Source: Minisyncoccota bacterium
GTDB lineage: Bacteria > Patescibacteriota > Minisyncoccia > Phycocordibacterales > GWA1-40-21
NCBI GenBank assembly: GCA_036171775.1
Contig: JAVHRR010000006.1
Coordinates: 1-56,198 of the forward strand
Direction: 5' to 3'
Length of the DNA: 56,198 bases
Below are positions 25,299-34,155 of this stretch, one piece after another. Position numbers and translations under genes: made by a program. The notes beneath the pieces are model-generated. The model did no database searches and was not told where the DNA came from. It saw only the letters and a program-made list of their open reading frames with translations. The first letter of the stretch is position 1; each line of letters starts with the position of its first letter.

Positions 25299-25626
25299 TT
25301 ATAGACAATGATATATTTTTTTTATTTGAATCTATTGTGGCAAATTTGTCTGCAGATACAGGAACAAATCCTCTTAATTGAGCGAAACTTAAAGTAATAT
25401 TATTTTTTGTATTTAAATATTTAAATTCAAGGGCATTTACCTCTGAACCTAGGGAAACAATCTCCTTTTCCATTTTTTGTTTTAGCACGGTGTTCCTCAT
25501 AGTATTATTTAGTAAAAATCCATAAGATATTATAAAAAATACAAATACTGCAAAAAGTGTCCAGAAAACCTTTTTTTCTCTGTCTTCAATATTTGCTATT
25601 TGTTTTTGTAATATTTGTGCCACCAT
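25288..25626 (-). CDS. ftsL: Cell division protein FtsL-like (single-pass membrane protein)
   Basis: 112 aa with one TM helix (VFWTLFAVFVFFIISYGFLL). Assigned from its position between rsmH and ftsI. Confidence 0.55.
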   Translation of the reverse strand: MVAQILQKQIANIEDREKKVFWTLFAVFVFFIISYGFLLNNTMRNTVLKQKMEKEIVSLGSEVNALEFKYLNTKNNITLSFAQLRGFVPVSADKFATIDSNKKNISLSINEN

Positions 25627-25637
25627 ATTGTTTTATC

Positions 25638-26525
25638 CTATATTTTCTCTATCACTCTAAGTTTTGCACTTCTAGAACGCGGATTTTCATATATTTCATT
25701 ATCACTTGGAATCAAAGGCTTTTTTGTTATAAATATTGCTTCTCCACTCTTTACCTTTTCTTTAAAAAAATTCTTAACCTCTCTGTCTTCTACGCTATGA
25801 AATGAAATTATTGCGATACGTCCTCCATTATTTAAAAATCCCCATCCTTTTTGCATTCCTTCTTTCAGCGCTGTGATCTCATCATTTACTGCAATCCTTA
25901 ATGCCTGAAAAGTTTTTGTTGCAAAATGTGTCTTGCCTCTTCGATATCCTGCTGGTACTGAATTTCTAATAATTTCTACTAACTGAAATGTTGTATTTAT
26001 CGGTTGAATCTTTCTACTTGAAACTATTGCCCTCGCTATCCTTCTAGAATATCTTTCGTCTGAATATCCGAATAAAATATCTGAAATTGTTTCTTCACTC
26101 CAATTATTCAAAATTACTTTGGCGTCTACTTTTTGTTCATCTTCAGAAAAAGTCATAAGTAGTGGTTCATCATTTTTGAAAGTGAAACCTCTTCCTGAAG
26201 CGTCCAGCTGATCTGAAGAAAGTCCTAGATCCAAAAGTATTCCATCGACTTTTTGCACACTTAGGTTTGTTAATACTGTATCTAAGTGTCTATAATCTGA
26301 AAGAACAATATCTGCCTTACAACCAAGTCTTGAAAACTTCTCTTCTGCATTTTTGATCGCTATCATGTCTTTGTCGGTTGCGATTATTCTTACAGAGCCA
26401 CCAAAATCAGAACAAACTTTTGAGCTATGCCCTGCTCCACCTAAAGTGCCATCAAAGTAAATAGCTCCGGGTTTTAGGTTTAATTTCTCTATGCATTCAT
26501 TTAAAAGAACTGTCTTGTGTATCAT
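25638..26525 (-). CDS. rsmH: 16S rRNA (cytosine1402-N4)-methyltransferase
   Basis: 295 aa. HKTVLLNECIEKL...YFDGTLGGAGHS and LDLGLSSDQLD are typical of RsmH/MraW. Confidence 0.9.
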   Translation of the reverse strand: MIHKTVLLNECIEKLNLKPGAIYFDGTLGGAGHSSKVCSDFGGSVRIIATDKDMIAIKNAEEKFSRLGCKADIVLSDYRHLDTVLTNLSVQKVDGILLDLGLSSDQLDASGRGFTFKNDEPLLMTFSEDEQKVDAKVILNNWSEETISDILFGYSDERYSRRIARAIVSSRKIQPINTTFQLVEIIRNSVPAGYRRGKTHFATKTFQALRIAVNDEITALKEGMQKGWGFLNNGGRIAIISFHSVEDREVKNFFKEKVKSGEAIFITKKPLIPSDNEIYENPRSRSAKLRVIEKI

Positions 26526-26529
26526 TTGA

Positions 26530-26964
26530 TTACAAGGCTCCTGCTTGTCCGAGTTTTTCTGCTAGTTGGTCGGCCTTCTTTTCCACTACATCTTTATATT
26601 CCTTCCAGGAAACTTCATTCCAGATTTCGATTCTATCTTGAACACCTACTACTGCAATTTTATTTTTCAATGATGCTCTCGTCACTAAAAATTCTGGTAA
26701 AAGGATTCTTCCAATTGTGTCTACTTCAACTTCTGTTGCAGATCCAAACATATATCGATTGAAACTTCTATTGTCAGCTTGCAACATTGAAAAGTTAGAT
26801 AGCTTCTCAGATATTTTCTTCCATTGTGCGATGGTAAAAATCCACAAACAATTATCAAGTCCCGCAGTAACAATTATTTTCTTACCAACTTCCTTACGAA
26901 ATTTAATAGGGAGAGATACTCTCTTTTTTTCATCTAATGTATGAATGTATTCTCCAATAAGCAT
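26530..26964 (-). CDS. mraZ: Transcriptional regulator MraZ
   Basis: 144 aa with two SpoVT/AbrB-like repeats (DEKKRVSLPIKFRKE and DTIGRILLPEFL). First gene of the dcw block. Confidence 0.9.
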   Translation of the reverse strand: MLIGEYIHTLDEKKRVSLPIKFRKEVGKKIIVTAGLDNCLWIFTIAQWKKISEKLSNFSMLQADNRSFNRYMFGSATEVEVDTIGRILLPEFLVTRASLKNKIAVVGVQDRIEIWNEVSWKEYKDVVEKKADQLAEKLGQAGAL

Positions 26965-27092
26965 AGTATTTAAAATTAAAAATTAAAGTGAAAAAAGTAA
27001 AATTGAAATGAAAAATTTAAAGATAAATATACAAAACCTTGTTGCTGAATTTATTTTTACTCTTTACTCTTTTATCTTTAATTTTTCTTTCT

Positions 27093-27138
27093 CCCACTTC
27101 ATCCCACATACTGTATATTTTATAACACTTTATCCCAC
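27093..27138 (-). promoter_or_regulatory. Candidate MraZ operator: four GTG(G/T)(G/T) boxes in two 10-bp-phased pairs
   Basis: The coding strand reads GTGGGataaaGTGTT...(22 nt)...GTGGGatgaaGTGGG. Plus-strand boxes are at 27093-97, 27103-07, 27124-28 and 27134-38, 130-175 nt upstream of mraZ. Confidence 0.45.
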
Positions 27139-27268
27139 AATACAACAAAAATACTCACAATAAACACACGTCGTGTAGTGCTAATTTGTGGCTAAAAATA
27201 TGACACTTTACAGTTTCTAAATAAGTTATCAACTTTTTCGAAAATATTTATGATTATTTAGCAAAAAC

Positions 27269-27301
27269 AAAAAAGAATTTCGCTTTGCGAAATTCTTTTT
27301 T
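27269..27301. terminator. Bidirectional intrinsic terminator
   Basis: AAAAAAGAATTTCGC-TTT-GCGAAATTCTTTTTT. Confidence 0.8.
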
Positions 27302-27345
27302 GTTTTAATAACAAATTTTATGTCTATTGTTTTGACGTTTCTATT

Positions 27346-28020
27346 TTATAAAGACAATTTTTTTTCAGACAAAAAATCTTTAATAGTTTTATCATTTTTA
27401 TCATTCATCCTTAATTCGTCGTTCATCCTTAACGATAACTCATTAAGCATTGTTTCAACATCATTCTCATTTTCACAAAGACTGTACCATTTTTCTAATG
27501 CTGCTGCCGTATATCCCAACCTCACATCTTTACTATAATCAATAAAATCTTCCTTTGTTGAACAAAGATCAAGCTCTTTTTCATATATTAAATCCAATGT
27601 TTCATAACGAATTTTTTCATACTCGTTTGTTTGGCCCATTTTTTTAGGATTATTATAAAACTTATCATCAATGTCCCAAAGTTTATTTTCAATCAACTTA
27701 ATTTTTGGATAAAAATCACATAATTTGATTTCAACTTTTAAATCATTTAATTTCTTTATATTTTCAAAAATAAAATCTTCTTTTTCGGCTAATTGACGTA
27801 AACGATTTTCTTGATTCACAGCATCTTTCATCAGAGCTTCTTTCATACTCGCGGTTTCTGACTCATATTTTCCATTCGCTAAACTCTCTGAGATGGTTAC
27901 AGCTGATTTTCTAACAAATCCACCTTCTGGAACATTCACAAAATCACCTTGATGTTCTTTAGGCAAATCCTCAACTTTTTTATATTCTGGACTGGCTGGA
28001 TTAAATTCTTTTTCGCTCAT
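27346..28020 (-). CDS. Hypothetical protein (224 aa from ATG at 28020)
   Basis: The ORF track extends to 28122, but that extension runs through the lysS terminator palindrome. MSEKEFNPASPEYKK is the more plausible start. Confidence 0.6.
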   Translation of the reverse strand: MSEKEFNPASPEYKKVEDLPKEHQGDFVNVPEGGFVRKSAVTISESLANGKYESETASMKEALMKDAVNQENRLRQLAEKEDFIFENIKKLNDLKVEIKLCDFYPKIKLIENKLWDIDDKFYNNPKKMGQTNEYEKIRYETLDLIYEKELDLCSTKEDFIDYSKDVRLGYTAAALEKWYSLCENENDVETMLNELSLRMNDELRMNDKNDKTIKDFLSEKKLSL

Positions 28021-28101
28021 ATTTTTTGGTAAAATAATTAATATATTGGATGTTTTCCAATATGCCCATTGTACTCTCTCTCTCTCGTGCAAGCAAGCTT
28101 G

Positions 28102-28141
28102 CAAAAACACGAAGTTCGCCATGGCGAACTTCGTGTTTTTG
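28102..28141. terminator. Hairpin terminator downstream of lysS containing the 20-nt palindrome AAGTTCGCCATGGCGAACTT
   Basis: CAAAAACACGAAGTTCGC-CATG-GCGAACTTCGTGTTTTTG. The palindrome core is at 28112-28131. Confidence 0.75.
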
Positions 28142-28157
28142 TATGTATTATTGTGTT

Positions 28158-28184
28158 CCTAAAAAGCTAAGAAGCTACAAGCTA
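28158..28184. repeat. AGCTTNTT-octamer repeat element (reverse orientation), copy a
   Basis: CCTAAAAAGCTAAGAAGCTACAAGCTA, which is the reverse complement of T-AGCTTGT-AGCTTCTT-AGCTTTTT-AGG. Confidence 0.7.
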
Positions 28185-28194
28185 TTTCCTGCCC

Positions 28195-29652
28195 CTAACC
28201 CTTTGGTCGCATGAAAGGGAAAATCTGACACTCTCTGACTGGTTTGTCTACCAAAAAGCTAAACAATCTTTCTGAAAGACCGAAGCCACAAGTTGGCGGC
28301 ATACCGTACTCAAGAGCTTCAACAAACTCTCCGTCCATCATCTGTGCTTCTTCATCTCCTCCCTCTCTAAGTTTTGCTTGGTCAGTAAACCTGCCTAGCT
28401 GATCTATCGGATCGTTAAGCTCACTAAAACCTTTACCCATTTCTGATCCTGCAAGAATAACTTGAAATCTTTCTACTAGATTTTTATTTTTACTCATTCT
28501 TTTTGCAAGTGGTTCCATCATAACTGGTACATTGATCAAAAATCCAGGACCACTTATTTGTTTCCTGCAAAACTTCCACAATGAATCTATAGCCCTATTT
28601 AAATTGAAACCTTTTTTGTCATACTCAATTTTTAAACTTTGAAGTTTCTTTTCTATTTCTTTTACATCGGCAGTGACAATATCAATGCCTGTTTTTTCTT
28701 TTATCAATCCAACATAGTCATATTTTTCCCATTTACCCCCAAGATCTACGTCGAAACCTTTTATTTTAAATTTAAGTGTTCCAAAAGTTTGCTCGGCAAT
28801 ATATTTATACATTTCTTCAACGAGTTTCATTCCATCGTTGTAGTCAGCGTAAGCCCAATAAAATTCCATTTGACTGTAATCCTGTAAATGTTCTGAATCG
28901 GCGCCTTCATTTCTGAAAATTCTGCCTATTTCATAAACCTTAGGAAAACCAGCAACCATAAGGCGTTTTAGCCAAAGCTCAGGAGAAATTCTCAAATAAA
29001 CATCTATATCATAAGCATTATAATGCGTAATAAATGGTCGTGCTTCTGCACCGCCGGCGGTGTTTTCTAAAACAGGTGTATCAACTTCCATAAAGTTTCT
29101 ATCAGAAAGAAATTGCCTCATAGAACTAAAAAACTTGGCTCTTTTTTGTATTATGTCTTTGACTTCTGGATTGAAAATGATATCTAGATATCTTTTTCTA
29201 AGTCTGCCCTCTTCGTCTTGAATACCGTGCCACTTTTCTGGCATTGGTCTTAAGCTTTTTGTTAAAATTTTCCAATCTACGATTTGTAAGGTTTTCTCAC
29301 CTCTTTTTGTAATAAAAAGTTTGCCGTTGATCTCAATAAAATCACCGATATCAATAGTATTTTGAAAAAGCTCAAAAACTTTTTCATCCATTTCATCTTT
29401 TTTTAATAAACCTTGAAAAGTGCCTGTACCGTCATTTATGTTTAAGAAAATAAGACCACCTTGTCCTCGAATGGCCATTATCCTGCCAACAAGATAGATA
29501 GATTGTTTTTTTTCTATTTCATCAAAATTACTAATTATTTCTGATATAAAATAATCTTTTTTTGATACGGCTGGATAAGGATCCATACCCGCTTTCTCAA
29601 GCAGTTTAAGTTTTTCTATTCTAATATTTCTTAATTCTTCAAAAGACGACAT
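28195..29652 (-). CDS. lysS: Lysyl-tRNA synthetase (class II)
   Basis: 485 aa with an OB anticodon-binding N-domain and class II motifs (FRNEG, GGDEEA...EYGMPPTCGFGLSERL). Confidence 0.95.
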   Translation of the reverse strand: MSSFEELRNIRIEKLKLLEKAGMDPYPAVSKKDYFISEIISNFDEIEKKQSIYLVGRIMAIRGQGGLIFLNINDGTGTFQGLLKKDEMDEKVFELFQNTIDIGDFIEINGKLFITKRGEKTLQIVDWKILTKSLRPMPEKWHGIQDEEGRLRKRYLDIIFNPEVKDIIQKRAKFFSSMRQFLSDRNFMEVDTPVLENTAGGAEARPFITHYNAYDIDVYLRISPELWLKRLMVAGFPKVYEIGRIFRNEGADSEHLQDYSQMEFYWAYADYNDGMKLVEEMYKYIAEQTFGTLKFKIKGFDVDLGGKWEKYDYVGLIKEKTGIDIVTADVKEIEKKLQSLKIEYDKKGFNLNRAIDSLWKFCRKQISGPGFLINVPVMMEPLAKRMSKNKNLVERFQVILAGSEMGKGFSELNDPIDQLGRFTDQAKLREGGDEEAQMMDGEFVEALEYGMPPTCGFGLSERLFSFLVDKPVRECQIFPFMRPKG

Positions 29653-29670
29653 TTTTTAGAGGTGTAGGTT

Positions 29671-29691
29671 ATAGCTTTTTAGCTTATTAGG
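29671..29691. repeat. AGCTTNTT-octamer repeat element (forward), copy b
   Basis: AT-AGCTTTTT-AGCTTATT-AGG. Confidence 0.6.
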
Positions 29692-29736
29692 AAATACATT
29701 AATTATTTTCCAGAAAAGCCAGCTTCTATTACTGTT

Positions 29737-30204
29737 TTATTTAACTTCGACAACTTTATATTCCATCTTGCCACTTGGAGAGTTGAAAGAAAATGTTTCT
29801 CCTTTCTTTTTACCCAAAACAGCAGCTCCAATAGGAGATCTGTTTGATATCTTTCCACTAGCCAAATCGGATTCTGCTGAACCCACAATCATAAGAGTCA
29901 TTTTCTTGGTGCCGTTTATTTTTTCAACCACTACAGTACTACCTATGACGGCATGATCTCCGTGTTTTTCTTCTACTACTATTGCGTTTTTTAATATTTC
30001 TTCTAGCTTTGAAATTCTTTCTTCGATGTCTGCCTGTTGCGCTCTTGCTTCATGGTATTCAGCATTTTCTGACAAATCACCTAAATCTCTGGCATAATCC
30101 AAAGCTTCTGCCACTTGTTTTCTTTTGACATTTTTTAGTTCTTTTAGTTCAGCAACTAACTCATCATATTTTTTCTTTGTGAGATATTCTCTTCTTTCTT
30201 CCAT
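29737..30204 (-). CDS. greA: Transcription elongation factor GreA
   Basis: 155 aa. DLSENAEYHEARAQQ lies in the coiled-coil tip, followed by the C-terminal FKBP-like domain. Confidence 0.9.
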   Translation of the reverse strand: MEERREYLTKKKYDELVAELKELKNVKRKQVAEALDYARDLGDLSENAEYHEARAQQADIEERISKLEEILKNAIVVEEKHGDHAVIGSTVVVEKINGTKKMTLMIVGSAESDLASGKISNRSPIGAAVLGKKKGETFSFNSPSGKMEYKVVEVK

Positions 30205-30328
30205 ATTGATTTTTGGAAATCACGTAACGCAATTTTATTTTGGGCGCAACGAGACTCAAGATTTAATTAATAAACTGAAGGTATTTTAGCAATAAAATGA
30301 CTGAAAGTCAAAAGACGAATTTTATATT

Positions 30329-32032
30329 TTATTTTAAATATTCAGGTGTATTTATATACATCCAATCAAAAACTTGTCTCATTACATATACACCTCCAAG
30401 CGTGTTGGCGACTGGACCCTTTTCCATTACCACAGCAAATGCATACTTTGGATTGTTGTATGGAAAAAAACCTGTAACCCAAGAATTTACAAATTGTTTT
30501 TTAGCACCAAGCTGAGCCGTTCCGGTCTTTGCTCCCAACGTAAAATATCCTGTATTTAAACCGGAAACCGAACCCTCCTGAACACCAAGCTTCATTCCTT
30601 CCCTCACAATCTTAAAATAATCTGGATTCAAATCCAATTGAATAAATTTTTCTGGATTTCCTCCAAACAACATTGAAGGTTCTAATAATTTGCCATTATT
30701 AGCTATAGAAGCTACGGCTCTTACTGCCTGAATAGGCGTAACCTGAAAACCATACTGTCCTATAGAAGTGTGATAGGTGTTACCAATATTCCATTTTTCT
30801 CCATTAAAATTTTCCTTCTTCCATTCAGGGTCAGGAATGACTCCAGCATTTCCCGCAAAAAAGCCATCAGGTAAATCTTGACCGAAACCAAACATACTCA
30901 TATATTTACCTATTAAAGATATTCCCAAACCTTTTTGATCTTCAAACCCTCCACCAATTTCATAAAAATATACGTCAGATGAAACAGCTAATGCGTGCCT
31001 CATGTCTACCCATCCATGTGCTTTCCAATCTTTAAACACAGACGGATGTAGCGGATCATAAACATTCGGTATTGAAATAGATCCAGTACTTAATATTTTT
31101 TTATTAGGATCTATTATGTTTTCAGACAAGGCCGCAACAGACATGAAGGGTTTGACGATAGAACCCGGTGCATATAAACCATTTATTACTCTATCGAGAA
31201 ATGGATTGTTTTTATTTAATAAAAATTGATTAATAGCTTTCTTGTTGTCACCATTAGTTAAAATCTGCGAATCATATTCTGGATAACTGGTCAAAGCTAT
31301 GATTTCACCGGTGTTTATATCCATGATCACACCTGCGCCTCCTGTAAAGCCAGACTGAAGTGATAAATCTTTAATGGTACGAAATATACGACTTTGCAAT
31401 TCTGAATCAATTGATAACTTCAGGTCAGTGCCTCCCTCTGCAGGTCTTATCACACTTTCTGACTGTACAGCACCCTTGGCGTCTACTTCGACAATTCTCA
31501 AACCGTTTTTTCCAGACAAGGTGCTATCATAGTATTTTTCTATTCCATCTTTTCCAATAAAATTTTCACTGTAATAAAAACCGGAATTATCTTTAGATGG
31601 ATATTTAATATATCCTAAAACATGAGACAGACCTGAAAGACCTGAATATTTTCTTAAAGCGAAATCTTTATTGTTATCACTATCGACGTTCCATGCCAAT
31701 TTATCAGCATTTCTATCATAAATAACTCCTCTATTTGAAAAAACTAAAGTATTCTTTAGTCTATTGTTTTCACTTTTTTGCAAATACGATTCTCCATTTG
31801 CAACCTGCAAATCATATGATCTTGCAAAAAAAATTATAAATATAATAAAACATCCTGCACCAAACAAAATAAAAGTGTTTACAGATATAGGTTTTTCTAT
31901 TCTTCCTTCAAATTGATTGACATTAAATTGGGGTAAATTTTCTGAATCCAAAAATATTTCATCCGGGTCGATGTCTTTAACTCTATTTTGATAAGAATTA
32001 TTTTTAAATTTTTTTTTAATTTTATTAAACAT
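30329..32032 (-). CDS. mrdA: Penicillin-binding protein 2 (elongation transpeptidase)
   Basis: 567 aa with a TM helix, SxxK (GSIVKPF) and KTGTAQ. It is directly downstream of mreBCD. Confidence 0.85.
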   Translation of the reverse strand: MFNKIKKKFKNNSYQNRVKDIDPDEIFLDSENLPQFNVNQFEGRIEKPISVNTFILFGAGCFIIFIIFFARSYDLQVANGESYLQKSENNRLKNTLVFSNRGVIYDRNADKLAWNVDSDNNKDFALRKYSGLSGLSHVLGYIKYPSKDNSGFYYSENFIGKDGIEKYYDSTLSGKNGLRIVEVDAKGAVQSESVIRPAEGGTDLKLSIDSELQSRIFRTIKDLSLQSGFTGGAGVIMDINTGEIIALTSYPEYDSQILTNGDNKKAINQFLLNKNNPFLDRVINGLYAPGSIVKPFMSVAALSENIIDPNKKILSTGSISIPNVYDPLHPSVFKDWKAHGWVDMRHALAVSSDVYFYEIGGGFEDQKGLGISLIGKYMSMFGFGQDLPDGFFAGNAGVIPDPEWKKENFNGEKWNIGNTYHTSIGQYGFQVTPIQAVRAVASIANNGKLLEPSMLFGGNPEKFIQLDLNPDYFKIVREGMKLGVQEGSVSGLNTGYFTLGAKTGTAQLGAKKQFVNSWVTGFFPYNNPKYAFAVVMEKGPVANTLGGVYVMRQVFDWMYINTPEYLK

Positions 32033-32044
32033 GAAAATTATTGT

Positions 32045-32305
32045 TTAAAAAGATACCCTCAACATAGTTTTCATTCTGAAAGAGCAAAGATAAAAAATTA
32101 ATGTTGTTAATGTAAAAAAATATGCAAAATGAATACTAAAAATATTGCCGCTACCATATAATATGTCTAGAAGAAAGCCCCAAAGGATAGATTCGTAGAA
32201 ATTATTAATATAGAAAATTGAAACAAGTATAATGCATGCTGTTATATATGTTGGCAAAACAAAAACTGATAAAATTATTATTAAATTTAATATGATTCTA
32301 ATCAT
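32045..32305 (-). CDS. mreD: Rod shape-determining protein MreD-like (short, 86 aa)
   Basis: Polytopic membrane ORF between mreC and pbp2, with a GFLLDIL motif. It is shorter than a typical MreD. Confidence 0.5.
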   Translation of the reverse strand: MIRIILNLIIILSVFVLPTYITACIILVSIFYINNFYESILWGFLLDILYGSGNIFSIHFAYFFTLTTLIFYLCSFRMKTMLRVSF

Positions 32306-33115
32306 TTATTTCTTATTAGATAAAAGCACTTCTACCCATTTAAGCTCTGCAATATTTATTGGGTTTTTAAATAAAATTGTTTGAAATGAATCTGATTCTT
32401 TAAACTCAATTTTCTCAATAACACCAAAAATGTTGGCTGAAATCGATGGCATTGTTATAGAATCTCCCTCTTTAACATCAATTTCTCTTGGCGTTTCAAC
32501 CTTGAAATTGCCACTTCCCAAACCTGTCGCTTCTTTTTCAATATTGTTATTTCCAATCAATATCTTCACTTTTTCACCTGGTGATGAATATAAAATAATT
32601 TTAGAACTTCCACTGTAAACTTCAGATACATACCCTATAAAAGTATTTCCGTCAGCTAGCACTTTGTCTCCAATCGTTACACCGTTTGATGCACCGACAT
32701 CTATTATGAGGGTGTCATAGGCTGACAAAAACGGCTTAACAAGCACGACACTAAGTAAAAATTTCTGATCAGAATTTTTTCTGTTTAAAACATTCTTAAG
32801 ATCTTCATTTTCTTTTTTTAGTAGACTAAACAATGCATATTCTTTCTCTTGTAATTTAATCTTGTCCTTAAGTAAACTATTCTCTTTCAATAAACCGATT
32901 TTTGAGTTGAAAATACCAAAATTATTAGAAAAAAAGTAATTTATATTATTTCGAACGGTCCACAGTGGTGAGCCTGTCATAAATAATATATTTCTTGTCC
33001 ATGACATAGAAAAAATTACTATAATAAAAAAAATCCCAAAAACTGGTAATAAAGAGTTTCTGTTTGGTCCTTTTCCTAAATAAGAATTATTTCTTGGGTG
33101 GAAGCTCATCTTCAT
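32306..33115 (-). CDS. mreC: Rod shape-determining protein MreC
   Basis: 269 aa with a TM helix, a coiled coil (LKKENEDLKNVL) and a beta-rich C-terminal domain. It follows mreB. Confidence 0.8.
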   Translation of the reverse strand: MKMSFHPRNNSYLGKGPNRNSLLPVFGIFFIIVIFSMSWTRNILFMTGSPLWTVRNNINYFFSNNFGIFNSKIGLLKENSLLKDKIKLQEKEYALFSLLKKENEDLKNVLNRKNSDQKFLLSVVLVKPFLSAYDTLIIDVGASNGVTIGDKVLADGNTFIGYVSEVYSGSSKIILYSSPGEKVKILIGNNNIEKEATGLGSGNFKVETPREIDVKEGDSITMPSISANIFGVIEKIEFKESDSFQTILFKNPINIAELKWVEVLLSNKK

Positions 33116-34148
33116 TTTGAATTAATGATTCCATATAAAGTTCCATATTTTCTAAAATAATACCGGTACCTCTTGCAACAGCCGTAAGTGGATCGTCTAC
33201 AAACTGTACAGGAATTTTTAAATACTCGCTAAGCAAAGTGTCCAAACCTTTTATAAGAGCTCCCCCTCCAAATAGAAATATTCCCTTTTGCATTATGTCT
33301 GTAAGGATTTCTGGTGGTGTTGTCTCTAGAACCTCTTTTGCTGCATCCACCAAACTTTCTATTGAAGCTGACATGGCTTCTCTTACATCTGAGTCTGTCA
33401 AAATAACCTCTCTTGGTAAACCAGTGATCAAATCTCTGCCTTTTATTGGGGCTTCCAAATGTTCTCCTGCTATAACTGCACCTATAGAAATTTTAATACT
33501 TTCTGCTGTTTTTTCACCAATCAAAATTTTAAATTCAGCTCTTACATAGCTTATGATGTCATTGTTTAATTTATCTCCTGCAATTCTCAAATTTTTTGAT
33601 CTAACAATACCACCCAAAGATATAACAGCTATGTCTGTAGTACCTCCTCCAATATCGATGACCATACTTCCAATGGGTTCGTTGGTAGGTAGACGAATAC
33701 CAATAGCTCCAGCCATAGGTTCTTCTACTATATGCACTTCTCTTGCGCCCGCATTTCTTGTGGCGTCTCTGACTGCACGGATCTCAACGTTTGTTACACC
33801 GGAAGGCACTCCAACTACAACGCGTGGTCCAAGCATCTTTGGAGAAAATTCCTCCGCTTTTCTAACTAGGTATGCAATCATTTCTTCTGTAACTTCAAAG
33901 TCTGAAATAACTCCGTCAACTAAAGGTCGTACTGCGACAATGTGCGGTGGTGTTCTTCCAAGCATTTCTCTTGCTTGTGTACCAACAGCAACAACTCTTC
34001 CTGTTTTTTGATTTAAAGCAACAACAGAAGGTTCGTTTATAACGATTCCTTTACCAGAAACATACACCAGGGTATTTGCAGTACCTAGATCTATTCCTAT
34101 ATCGTTAGATAAGTATTTATTCAGTTTTTTCTTAAATCTTTTAATCAT
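33087..34148 (-). CDS. mreB: Rod shape-determining protein MreB
   Basis: 353 aa with actin-fold motifs IGIDLGTANTLVY, DIGGGTTDIAV and LFGGGALIKGL. Confidence 0.95.
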   Translation of the reverse strand: MIKRFKKKLNKYLSNDIGIDLGTANTLVYVSGKGIVINEPSVVALNQKTGRVVAVGTQAREMLGRTPPHIVAVRPLVDGVISDFEVTEEMIAYLVRKAEEFSPKMLGPRVVVGVPSGVTNVEIRAVRDATRNAGAREVHIVEEPMAGAIGIRLPTNEPIGSMVIDIGGGTTDIAVISLGGIVRSKNLRIAGDKLNNDIISYVRAEFKILIGEKTAESIKISIGAVIAGEHLEAPIKGRDLITGLPREVILTDSDVREAMSASIESLVDAAKEVLETTPPEILTDIMQKGIFLFGGGALIKGLDTLLSEYLKIPVQFVDDPLTAVARGTGIILENMELYMESLIQNEDELPPKK

Positions 34149-34155
34149 TTTAAAA

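Noticed and set aside
28158-29691. lysS bracketed by inverted AGCTTNTT elements, considered as a composite transposon or mobile lysS.
   Set aside because: There is no transposase and no target-site duplication. lysS sits in a normal co-oriented housekeeping string (greA-lysS), and the same elements occur at other gene ends.
33238-34011. Plus-strand ORFs of 103 and 152 aa inside mreB. Similar antisense ORFs lie in other genes, for example 17376..17741, 36340..36738, 37492..37875, 44453..44836 and 15700..15963.
   Set aside because: They lie fully antisense to genes with strong family signatures. Their composition is low-complexity and Ser/Ile/Phe/Leu-rich, as expected for shadow frames of AT-rich coding DNA, and they have no RBS or promoter.
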